Below, piece after piece: positions 13,120 through 24,800 of a stretch of 64,000 nt of DNA (positions within the stretch are counted from its first letter, which is position 1; each line of letters begins with the position of its first letter). Origin of the DNA: Leptogorgia sarmentosa. Taxonomy: Eukaryota. The stretch covers positions 2,046,001 through 2,110,000 of the forward strand of contig OZ210884.1 in assembly GCA_964658305.1 (NCBI GenBank), written 5' to 3'. The notes below the pieces were generated by a model, which was given only the letters and a program-made list of their open reading frames with translations, did no database searches and had not been told where the DNA came from. Made by a program: the position numbers and the translations under genes.

Positions 13120-13161
13120 GCCATCTGATGATTCCTTTTGGATGAAACAGGCTGTAGTGGC
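13120..13161 (+). ncRNA. Minimal type I hammerhead ribozyme; predicted cleavage after GUA at 13156
   Basis: GCCAU-CUGAUGA-U(UCC UUUU GGA)U-GAAA-CAGGCUG-UA-GUGGC: helix I GCCAU/GUGGC, conserved CUGANGA and GAAA boxes, short near-palindromic helix III ACAG-G-CUGU. Confidence 0.85.
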
Positions 13162-13311
13162 ACCTTTTTGAGGCAAAACTATACTATTTGCTCTATCTAT
13201 ATGGTATCGAGCACTCTTTTGGCATTTCGTTAACCAAAAATTTACCGTATATTTGCACCCGTATATCGGTTGTGCACTCTCGTTTTCGGAATATACATTT
13301 CACCTTAAAAC

Positions 13312-15453
13312 ATGAGACAACTTCGATTCGACTATTCATTGAAAAACATTCCTATACCATCACAGGATGCTTATTTGAGAACTTTGATTGAAAAAGTTGA
13401 AAGTGTACTAAAACGCATGAGATGGAAAGCTCATTTTTTCCTAAAAGGAGACAAAATTTCCAAACAAAACAACCGTTTTGATCTTCCTTCCAACAAAACA
13501 CCTCCCACAATTTTAGAAATGAAACCTTTCGAGAATGACGTTATTAACCTAATTGAAAACATTAAATTTCGAACCGCGGAAAATCAATTTCAAAAGTCTT
13601 TGGCAAATGATTTAAAGAAAATCAATTCGTCTCCGAACATTTTCGTTTTCGCTGACAAAACTAGAAATATTTATGAAACATCACTCGACGCATATAACAA
13701 GCTCATGCATGACAACATCACAAAAACATACAAACACGGATCAGAAGGCACAATTTCGGAAATCGACAACGAACTAAAACACATTTCGAAAAATTTGGGA
13801 ATTGGCGACCGGATTGAACAGATGAAAAAACGTGAAGCATTTATTTCATTAAAAGACCACAAAGAAAATTTCGAAAACAACCCAAAATGCCGACTAATCA
13901 ATCCCGCAAAAAGCGAATCTGGAAAACTAAGTAAGATCATCCTTGACAAAATCAATCCCAATTTGAGGAAAATTTTGAACCTAAACCAATGGCAAAACAC
14001 CCAAAACGTTATAGAGTGGTTTGGCAACATCAAAGAAAAACATAGGCACACTTTCATTTCGTTTGACATAGTGGATTTCTACCCATCGATATCAGAAAAT
14101 TTACTGGACCAAGCATTATCTTGGGCTTCCAATTTGGCTCACATATCAAAGGATGACATTTCAATAATAAAACACGCTAGGAAATCACTGCTTTTCAATG
14201 ACGGAAAACCTTGGATAAAAAAAGACAGCAACAGCTTATTTGACGTAACCATGGGTAGTTACGACGGAGCTGAAATTTGTGAACTTGTAGGCCTTTTCAT
14301 ATTAAACGATCTAGGGGAAAAATTTGGCAAAGAAAACATCGGTTTATACAGAGATGACGGATTGGCTATCATGAAAAACAAATCAGCACGTTTGGCAGAT
14401 AAAACCAGGAAAGAACTCCATAAATGTTTCGACAATTTTGGTTTAAAAATAACAGCTGAGGCAAATTTGCATGTAGTAAATTTCTTAGATGCCACTTTCG
14501 ATCTTAACAATGGAAAATTTAAGCCCTATAGAAAGCCTAATGACGATCCACTATACATAAACAAACATTCCAACCACCCACCAAGCATCATAAGACAACT
14601 ACCCACATCGATCAACAAGCGCATTTCGACACTCTCATCAGATGAGCACACATTCCATGAAAGTGCTCCTGCTTACCAAAACGCACTAAGGCACAGCAAT
14701 TTCGACCACAAGCTTGAATACATGAATCAAGCACCACAAACACGCAGAAATAGGCAACGCAACATCATTTGGTTCAATCCCCCTTTCAGCAAGAGTGTCA
14801 AGACACACATCGCACGTGATTTCCTGGGCTTATTAGACATACATTTTCCACCTCACCACAAGCTACACAAGATTTTTAATAGGAACACAGTCAAGGTGAG
14901 TTACAGTTGCATGAACAATGTCAAATCTATAATTTCAAGGCACAACACACGTATGATTAGGAAAAGTAAGCCACAGTGCGAGGCCACTGACCTATGCACT
15001 TGTAGAGACAAGAACACATGCCCACTTCAGGAAAAATGCATGACCAAAGACATAGTTTACAAGGCCACTGTCACCTGCACAAACAGCACAAAACATTACA
15101 TAGGCATGACGGCAAGTACATTTAAAGAGCGATATAGAAACCATATTAAATCATTTAACCACAAAAGGTACTCAAACGAAACAGAACTTTCGAAATATAT
15201 TTGGGGACTAAAAGATAATAACAAAGATTTCAACATTACTTGGTCTATAATTAAGCATTGTATTTCGTATACGGGAGGAACAAAAAGATGCAATTTATGT
15301 TTAGAAGAAAAGCTCTGTATTTTGAAAGATAAAAACAAACAAAATTTACTAAACAAAAAATCGGAAATAGTTTCGACATGTAACCATAAAAAGAAATACC
15401 TAGTAAACAACCTAAACAATGGAAGGAAATCAAGGAATGCATGCATTGTTTGA
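13312..15453 (+). CDS. Penelope-like element ORF, 713 aa: reverse transcriptase + CxCx5C linker + GIY-YIG endonuclease (features fit the Hydra clade)
   Basis: RT motifs [39 protein letters not shown]; linker [15 protein letters not shown]; endonuclease DIVYKATV...HYIGMT...FKERYRNH...CNLCLEEK. Uninterrupted and ATG-initiated. Confidence 0.95.
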   Translation: MRQLRFDYSLKNIPIPSQDAYLRTLIEKVESVLKRMRWKAHFFLKGDKISKQNNRFDLPSNKTPPTILEMKPFENDVINLIENIKFRTAENQFQKSLANDLKKINSSPNIFVFADKTRNIYETSLDAYNKLMHDNITKTYKHGSEGTISEIDNELKHISKNLGIGDRIEQMKKREAFISLKDHKENFENNPKCRLINPAKSESGKLSKIILDKINPNLRKILNLNQWQNTQNVIEWFGNIKEKHRHTFISFDIVDFYPSISENLLDQALSWASNLAHISKDDISIIKHARKSLLFNDGKPWIKKDSNSLFDVTMGSYDGAEICELVGLFILNDLGEKFGKENIGLYRDDGLAIMKNKSARLADKTRKELHKCFDNFGLKITAEANLHVVNFLDATFDLNNGKFKPYRKPNDDPLYINKHSNHPPSIIRQLPTSINKRISTLSSDEHTFHESAPAYQNALRHSNFDHKLEYMNQAPQTRRNRQRNIIWFNPPFSKSVKTHIARDFLGLLDIHFPPHHKLHKIFNRNTVKVSYSCMNNVKSIISRHNTRMIRKSKPQCEATDLCTCRDKNTCPLQEKCMTKDIVYKATVTCTNSTKHYIGMTASTFKERYRNHIKSFNHKRYSNETELSKYIWGLKDNNKDFNITWSIIKHCISYTGGTKRCNLCLEEKLCILKDKNKQNLLNKKSEIVSTCNHKKKYLVNNLNNGRKSRNACIV

Positions 15454-15515
15454 CGCCCATGCCCACGCTTCAGACTCAAAACACTTATAAGCAGCAAACT
15501 TTTCGAAATTAGTCA

Positions 15516-15557
15516 GCCATCTGATGATTCCTTTTGGATGAAACAGGCTGTAGTGGC
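15516..15557 (+). ncRNA. Minimal type I hammerhead ribozyme; predicted cleavage after 15552
   Basis: Identical to 13120-13161, 2396 bp downstream. Confidence 0.85.
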
Positions 15558-15642
15558 ACCTTTTTGAGGCAAAACTATACTATTTGCTCTATCTATATGG
15601 TATCGAGCACTCTTTTGGCATTTCGTTAACCAAAAATTTACC

Positions 15643-15868
<226 letters not shown>

Positions 15869-16888
15869 ACTATGTTTTGGAAATGTTAAGTAAATATGAA
15901 AACTCATGGCTTATATGCAGCTGTAAACACTGAACGCAATCCAAATGAATAAACTTGGAGTAAAGAAACTGGCTAGCACACCAAAGGGAATAAAACTACG
16001 ACACATACAAAAGATTGAATATCGTCTGCATGAAATGATAAGAATGGATGAAAATAATAAACTTCACTTCTACGTTCGCAATAGATGAAGAGATAAAGTT
16101 ATAATTAACTATGTATTCCGAAACGTGACTTCAAACGTTTCTACTTAACATTTAGATCTCAATAATTACTCTTTTCCTATGCATCCTGTGGCGCCAAGTG
16201 TTTCAAATGACGACATTAGCTATTGGCTAAGATTAATTTCCGGAGTGCCAATTTTAATCTCTTGGCTACGTGATGTTATTTTTGTTCTATTCTTTATCTG
16301 TTATTTTCATGGGGAGTTAGTAAGAAAAATTTCTATCTGACCTACAAGCAAATTCTGGACTTAAACAAAGTCTAGAACCAATCGTACTGGGCCGCTATGG
16401 CTAATAGTATTGATTCCTCTTTGGGGTCAAGTTGAATGGGAAGTGAGCAAATATTTAGATCATTCTTACAAAACTAACGCTATGAACTTCTGATTCCTGA
16501 TGCTTTTTTCATAATTATTCTGAATAAAATATAATAAAAGGTACGTGATTGGTGCAAAAAAGTATCGTGGGAGGAGTTAGTTCATAGGTGTGCCGAAGAA
16601 AGCCAATCAGTAAACGAACACATTTAATTTAAAGATAAATTAAGAAACTATAATTGGCCAATGATGGCATTTCAATCACTTTGCACTACAGGGTGTATTT
16701 GGAATGTAGACTCTTTGAAATTCAAATGAAAAGAAAATTTTTGAGTAACTTTTGTAAAGGTCTTAGTGCAACTGTCAGGTCATTTGGACAACCTAGGAGG
16801 TTCACTCAATCCAATTTATGCACCTGATTAACATTTGTTTTTTTGTGAATTATAATAAATAGGATAGTGACCTAACTGAAATCTCAAG

Positions 16889-19800
16889 ATGAACTCTAAC
16901 GCTGCAAAAACCGTAATCGATGACGAACGGTGTTCTGCGTCTTCCTTTTTTGGTCCAGCCAATGACAAGTTCCTCGATTGTTTACTGCAAGAACTCGAGA
17001 CAAAGCATAGGGATAAAAAAGATTTGATGATGAAATTGTATCCACCAGGCGAAGACGTAAATCTAGCTATGAATTGCTATCCACAAGTTTGTTGTACCGA
17101 TAAACTAGGACTCCATCCTCCAGTTGAAGCATTGAAGAACGCAATACTTACTGATCCAGGTATGGACTGAATTTCATAGTACGGTACGTATATCTGTAAC
17201 TCCCAGTTGCAATATGGAGCCACACATGACAGGGTTGCAAGGGTACCGGTGAATACTCGAACTCAAAAATTTGACCAAAACAGTTTACGATACACAGTTT
17301 AATTAAGGATTCGACTAAAGTCATATATAACAAAGGCCCTTTAGGTGATTTTAGAACAAAGGTAATAATTGTTCAACGTAACACGATGTGGGACTTGTAG
17401 GTCAGGCGTATAGATCAATTGGTCGTTGATACGTAGATTTGAAGATATTGTAGATGTTGAAGATATTGTAGATATTGCAGATATTGCAGATATTGTAGAT
17501 ATTGTAGGTTCGAATTTGGTTTACACTTGTACCAGTCGAGTAGCGATGTAGAAATAGGTAGAAATATCCCTTTGAATAACATGTAGCAAATTTTCGTCTT
17601 TCCCCTAACACGGTCAAAACTATACCGACTCACGCTCTCTAGCCCATCACGAACATATGGTTTAGGTATTTCAATCGAATTAACTATTAACTATTAATTA
17701 ATATAGATATCAATCAAATTAACTATTAACTAACTGGCAAATAAATAACAAGAAGACTGAATATTATAAAGAGAGCGTTTCAAACCTACATTGTCTATAA
17801 TACATCCTTTCGGAAAGGATACGTACACAAATTTAAAAGCCAGCCTGAGTCACTAAGGCTTATTGTTATATAGTTGGTGTCAAAGTTCAATTTTCATGTT
17901 TGCTGATTGGACAAAACCGTATAACCTGTCGGTCCACATAGCGTCATGTTCGCCAACCGGTCAAAAATCAAAATAATTATTGACCGGGCAACAATTAAAT
18001 GGGCACAATACGCATGCGCGTCAACCGTGAAGTCCAAAGTTCATTCAATCGCACGATGTTTTGAAATTTATCGAACATTTACGGCGTAAGGCGTCCCATT
18101 TAATATCTGTTTTTTGGTTTCAAAGTTCACTCCAGTATGAAACCGGTGAATTCATTCATATTTTGACACTAAACTACATATATAACAAAACACTTATTGA
18201 CTGAAACCTCGACAAACATTGTGTTTTGTGGCCCTTCCCTCCGTCTCATGTGATAATTAGTACAGCAAAATAAGTCTATTGCTGCAGTTATCAATGGCAC
18301 GCGACATCACGCGAAATTTTATAAATTTGACATCCTCTGCAAACTTCGTATTCTTTTTTTTCTCAGAATAAAAACAAGACTTTGCATTTCAGTGTTTCTT
18401 TTGATTTAACTAACTTATGCCTTCTGATGCTTATGCTTTCAGTTAATCACGATATTTTCAATTAAGGTGTTTCAATTAAATTCAATTAATTTATTTCGTT
18501 TCTTTGATACTGGCCAGAGCTCAACAAGTATTTCCATCAAATGTTCTGGCAACAGAAGGACATTCCGAACATTGGAGAACGAACAAAAATTTGGTCTTGG
18601 CAAACCATGATTCTTCTTATCAACATGATTATGAACAGAGCTCCCGAGTTTAGCAAAACAATGGTGGCGCCAACAATTCCAATCGGTGAAATTTTAATGT
18701 GCCCAATGTCTACGGCTGCTGGGTTAACAGCATTCTCTAATGACAAGGTTTGGAATTCATATTCGATGAGTCCGTGTTTTCTTGAACCGTGAATATGTGT
18801 CCTCAAAAAATGTCACTGTGTATAAGGTTTGGAAATTGTGCAAAATAAGCGTTGAAATGAAAAGGCCATATTTTTGTAGTGTCCTGATTTTTTTTGTATT
18901 AATCAAACCAACATAGCAATGCTATTGAACACAACAAAATATTTCGCTTTTAAAATAGGTACACAAATGTGTACATGTGTGGTAATACAAACTTGTCAAT
19001 AGGCGACTTGTTGGACCTGTCCCGAATATGTGTCATCTTGCATGTATAAAATAGTATAATTATGTACGTATATATACCCCTAGCAAATGGCGCGATTTGC
19101 ACAAGTGCTTGTGGCATAATACTAAGGCTATTTGTTCATGAAAGGCGGTCTTTTTTCGTTTTCACTGCAGCAGCACGTCTGTAATTGGTCCCATGTACAA
19201 CATTAATAAAATTTAAGTCCATGATATTTTAAACAATTCCAAAAGTCTGCAGAGATCATCTAGATGCGTAGGACACGCTCATGTGATGTGATTTTGTTTG
19301 TACTCGTTCATTAAGGTCAACAAGCTATTCCAAGACATTTTAATTTACTGGGGAACGTTTCTACAAAGTAAGGAATCCGTCTATGTGTTAAATGATGATA
19401 TTCATAAAGGATGGTTTGGGAAAGACGCTATGGAAACCATGCCAAATTTCACAGAAGAATTCGAATGCAATCCATCAGCACCTCGCTATGGATTCAAGTC
19501 CTGGGATAATTTCTTCGTGCGAAAATTCCGCGAAGGAGTGCGTCCAGTTCAAGATCCTGATGATGATAGCGTTGTTGCAAATGCCTGCGAATCAGCGCCC
19601 TATAGGCTGGCGTACAATGTGAAGAATCAAGATATATTCTGGATCAAGAAATATCCGTACTCGTTAGGTGCGAGAAAAGTTGCAAATGTACTAGTTTCTC
19701 CAATGATTTCAAGGGTTTCAGCATTATACAAACCTCACTATGTAGCACAAACCTGATGTTGCCTTCAAAATTGTTTTAGATCACATGCTCAACAACGATA

Positions 19801-20303
19801 AATTGGCAGAGAGATTCTATGGTGGAACAGTTTACCAAGGCTTCCTAAGCCCGACCAGTTACCACCGATGGCACAGCCCGGTCTCAGGAACGATTTTGAA
19901 AACTGAATTGGTGCATGGAGCGTATTATTCTGGACCTGTCGTCAATGAACCTGGTTTCACCGCAATCGTCGAATCTCAGGCCTACTTTTGTCAGGTTGCC
20001 GCCCGAGGTATTGTATACATCCAAGCTGATAATCCTGATATTGGTTTGATGGCCTTCGTCGCAGTTGGCATGCTAGAAGTATCCAGCATTGAGTTTACAG
20101 TCAAAACTGGCGATCGCGTTAAAAAAGGAGATGAGATTGGTATGTTTCATTTTGGTGGTTCCACTCATTGCCTCGTGTTCCAGCCTGGAGTAAACCTTAA
20201 ATTTGATTTCCGTGGTCAAACACCTGGCACACATAGAGAGTTGTTCAACATTCCTGTTCGCTCAAAAATTGCCGTCTTAGCTAAACAAAACGAACTCAAT
20301 TAA
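16889..20303 (+). CDS. Phosphatidylserine-decarboxylase-family proenzyme, PSDC/PsiD (L-tryptophan decarboxylase)-like, about 458 aa; exons 16889-17159, 18518-18747, 19316-19667, 19780-20303
   Basis: GT-AG introns with compatible phases (1,0,1). Motifs GFKSWDNFFVRKFR, NACES, FYGGTVYQGFLSPTSYHRWHSPVSG, and EIGMFHFGGSTHCL (G|S autocleavage site, Ser codon 20160-20162). Confidence 0.9.
17433..17508. repeat. 9-bp tandem repeat (gtagatatt), about 8 imperfect copies, in intron 1 of the decarboxylase gene
   Basis: gaagatattgtagatgttgaagatattgtagatattgcagatattgcagatattgtagatatt. Confidence 0.85.
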
Positions 20304-20795
20304 CTTGGACTAGTAAACAGTTTTGTTTATCTAATTTAATGTTGGTTAATGCTAAATATGCTAAATGCTATTGTTTCTACATTGAACAGCGAAGTATTGT
20401 TGAACGAGCACTGCTGTCAATAACTAGATTTCAACTTAAATACAGTGTGTCCTAAAAAGAATCCATCGTTTGAATTTGAGCGTTAGTGAGGCACATTTCA
20501 AATTGAAAGCCTTTTACTCCCCAACGAGCCCGAACCCCTCTGAATTGTGTGAATCAACGGACAAAGTTTTAATTTTGCTGGTTGACCGTTGTTGCCATGT
20601 TAAACCTATATGAGGTAATTTTGATGTATGCATATACAGTAGAATCCCGCCATCTCCAACAGTTCTCCAGGGCAACGAAAATTTTTTCAAGATAACTGAC
20701 TAAAATAGATGCCGTGTGTAACGGTATAATGCAAGAGATTAGAAAATAATTTATTCGAATCAGCATCAGGGTCATAAATACATTTAAGCTGGACT

Positions 20796-20892
20796 GGATC
20801 CAAATTTGGACCCAAATTTGGACCCAAATTTGGACCCAAATTTGGACCCAAAATTGGATCCAAAACTTGACTCAAAATTTGACTCAAAAATT
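20796..20892. repeat. 12-bp tandem repeat (ggacccaaattt), about 8 increasingly degenerate copies
   Basis: ggatccaaattt ggacccaaattt x3 ggacccaaaatt ggatccaaaact tgactcaaaatt... Confidence 0.85.
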
Positions 20893-21898
20893 TTCCCCAA
20901 AATCTATTAATTTTCCCATGATATTTCACGTTCCATCGCTTTTCACCTACTTTCTCTTCCAAAATTATGTAATCTAAGTTCTAAACGTTACTTAGAAAAT
21001 CAGAGTATCTCGCAGATATATATATAAATATATGTGTGCATTTGAATTAGTAGAAACAGCATGCATAACAAATCTAGTGCCTGCAACACTTGTTGTTCAT
21101 GCACCGTTAAGGATATATTTGGTGCAGACCAAAAAATACCTATTAATCCAACGTTCAAATATATTGAGGAAAAGAAAGTATAACAAATACCATAAATGGT
21201 TTAATGGTGAGTATGTAATATATAGTGCAAAAAATGGGCTTGTTATATTGCCTACAGTACAATTAGAAATCCTGCTTGCTTCTTCATTCACGCGAAATCG
21301 AAGTTGAAAAATTTGCGAAGAAGTTCAATTTTTACTATATCGCCGGTCAAGAGAACATTATTTACCTTCAATTCATTTTATGTTTGCATGGTGAAGATAA
21401 TATTTATAAAGTTTGTTGTTTACACCGCGTGATTTTCTTATCTCATAATTTTACCATGCGATTATTTGATTACGTGGTGTAAACTTCGAACTTTATAAAT
21501 ACTTTTTGCCATTCTGAAGCAGATATAAGGGGCCAGTTGTTCAAGAGTCGGTTAGCTTAATCCTGGGTTAACGTTAAATTCAAAGCAAATTTCCCAGCGG
21601 TTTGTTTATAATTTTGCAAATATTCCTTCACAAATTTTCTCTGGACAAATAGTAGTTTTGTTTGTTAAGTTTTCAAATCTATGGATGTGTAGCAATACAG
21701 AAACCAAAACTGTGGGTTCAATTTCAACCTAAGGTTAGCGCTAACCAGCACTGAAAAACTTTAATTCCTTGAAATTTTGTGTCATAAGAAAAAAAAATTT
21801 AAATCAAACTTGTGCACGGAATTTAATCATGCAACCTACAGAAGAGGCAAGCTGGAGATTTCTTGTTGTAAAAAAAAAACTGAGTCGGACAGAGAATT

Positions 21899-24800
21899 CT
21901 ATTTGTCCCGTGACCTCCTCACTGTGATACGCCCCTTCTGATTACGATTGCTGAAGTTGTTATTTCTTGAGCACATGAAGTAATAGCTGCCAGGTTGAAA
22001 TCTCAATAGCATCCCACGATACGATGCTGGGGCGTTGTTTAACTCAGTATTAAGTGCTGGCTTCTTTTTGCTCAAACTGGAAACACTTTCGTAGTAACCG
22101 GCTGAAGCCATACTTATTGCAAGATCATCATTTGTCTTCGTGTTGCCATTACTTGACCAGATAATTTTGGCGTTTGAGAACAGTGGTGATCCTTCTTTTG
22201 AGGTTAAAGGATAATTCACAGAGGGATTTTTAATTTGAACTATGTTGCTGCGATCTGTACCTGCCAACGAAGATAACAGGTATTATTATTTATTTAAAAT
22301 ATTTCTCGTTCGATCCAGATTCGCTAACAGCAAACGTGAGTTTGTAATATCAATTCAATAGCTAACCAAATGTGGATTCTTGTCATACATATCAGCAAAC
22401 TGACGTGAAAGGGTCAATATGAAAAACAAATTTGGCCATGTCACCAAGATGAGGAGAACGCATATTGACTCACTGACGTCGTTGTAATGAACACGGATGA
22501 AAACAATATGCGCTGTCTATTGGCAAATTTTTGGACAAAATAAAAATGCGAAAAAAATGGAAAAATCAAACAATCACAACGAGCAATCATCTTGACATTG
22601 AAGTCAGGAAGAGTTTGTCCGAAAGAGGTTGATAATTATTATGTTGAAGAATTTATATTAACTCGCGGGTGCTGGTTGTTCGTAGCCCGTTTAGCTTAAA
22701 CGTTGGATAAAACCAGAACATCGGATTCTGTTGATAACGACAATTTCAGGCTTGATAATTCTTCATGTCGTGCCGAAACTAATTCAATATTGGAAAACTA
22801 TATTAATGCAAGTACCTAAAAAGTTGAAGATAACTCATGGACGTTTCCACTGTTTCAAACGCGCAATTTGCAAATTTTCATCAATTCCGTTTAAGCCTAC
22901 CTGCAGTCCCTTGTCCAGCGTTGTCTTTTGGATTGTGGTTCGATCCTGAAAAGTGAGTGATTGTTAGTTTATTGTTTTTATATCAATACTCCGACCACTG
23001 TATAATGTATTCAGTTTTTTTTTATATATGTTTGTTATAAAATAATTCTTCCAAACCACAATTATAGCAAAAGGCCACGTTACAGTATTATAACCATTTT
23101 GAATGTTTGGTAGCAACTAGAGTATAGTTTGAAGAATTCGAAAGATTATATTAATTATAAATTTTCAAGCGACTATAACATTTCCTGCAATCTGATTGGT
23201 TAAAATTTACAGTCTCTGGTATTATAGTCACTGGGCAGTGACTATAAAGATTTTTCATAATTAAAATTCAATATGGCCCTCGGTTTTGCTGAAGTTTTGC
23301 CGGAGGAAATTGACAAAATTAAACAAGAAAGCATCCCCAAGAAAGTTAAACAAGCGACAAAATATGGTTTAAAAATCTTTCAAAGTAAAATATATTATTT
23401 AGTGTTATTTTTATGCAACAAAGCTGGCTTTTTTCACTAGCAAAGTGGTGATATGAGCGTGAATTATTTTACGTAGACAAACTATTGAATTTTACTTAAC
23501 AGACAGTTTGAATCAATTCAGTTTGACCTGGGAATTTATACTATAACTATTAGTCGCCGAAAGCGAGGTCATTACAAGCTCATAGTCACCAAGGCGCGAT
23601 GTCAAATATTTTGAACTTTATGTGAAATAGAACAGTGTATCTACGCATGACGTCAACGCGCTTGCATAGTAGCTAAACTAATTAACAATTAGACAACGGA
23701 GTCGAGTCAGTGGCGTAACGCAACCTCTGGGGGCCCTCCGACAGTCGACCACTTTGGAGCCCCCTTTGCTCCACTAATTAATAGGCTAAATTTACCTCTT
23801 ATGTCTACACAACGGCAAACCACACTACAAACCGTTAATTCAGCAAAATTGCAAAAATAGTACGAAATGCGCAAAATGCGCAATACTTTAGTTATCGGCG
23901 TCGGATGGCGTATGATAACTTAGACTTTTCACTTAGACTTTGCAGCGTGCGTAGTATTTTTGTTTTTTGCAAAATAATAACATAATCACACATTAATAGG
24001 CAACTCCACCGGCACCTAGCTGCCTATCTGTCTGTTTTTCGTATTTGAATTCCCCAGAAATGTGCTATCAATTTTTTATGTTCATTTTGTCGGGGACCCC
24101 AAAAGTTCGGGGGCCCCCTGCCACTGGACACCCTGACACGCCTCCGTTACGCCACTGAGCCGAGTTGTCTAAATGGACGAAGTCCGAGTTGACTATTCGC
24201 TCATAGATAACGAGACCGAGTTGTCTAACTGTTTTAGAATACACTTTATGCTCAGAATTGTTTATTTCAAGAAAATTCGTCAGAAACCTCAGCAAAACGC
24301 GAGTTTTCTGCAGTGGCAATATGGTTTTCCTTTGCTTTTTCGCGAACCGTTGTCTATTTAACAATTAGATTACGAGCTCGAGATTTCTATGAGGGGATAG
24401 TTGATGAGGGCGAAGCCCGAATCAACTGTCATCTCGTAGAAATCGAGAGCGAGTAATCTAATTGTTTTAGTAGAATCAGAGATCAAACATGAAAATATTG
24501 CAAAAAGTAATTTAAAAACACGTCTCAGAAGCCATTTTCTTGAACGAAAATTCACATATTTGCTACTCGCTATCTATCGAGGAATAGATATCGAGAAGAG
24601 TAGCCAATCAAATTGCAGCATTTGCAGTAGTATACGAGTATGATTCTATCTACGAGTATTAGTAGAATCAAACTCGTATACTATTGCAAATGCTGCAATT
24701 TGATTGGCTACTCTACTCGGTATCTATTCCTCGATAGATAGCGAGTAGCGAAATATGTGAATTTTCGTTAAAAAAATGTCTTCTGAGACGCGTTTTTAAT

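Noticed and set aside
10229..15497. Repeated 71-133 aa ORFs antisense to the PLE ORF
   Set aside because: Shadow frames repeated only because the element is repeated; no recognisable motifs.
17402..17633. ORFs with LQY/NIY repeats
   Set aside because: Products of a 9-bp intronic tandem repeat.
20687..20962. ORF with LGPN repeats, and a possible CRISPR-like array
   Set aside because: Contiguous 12-bp tandem repeat without unique spacers; eukaryotic context, no cas genes.
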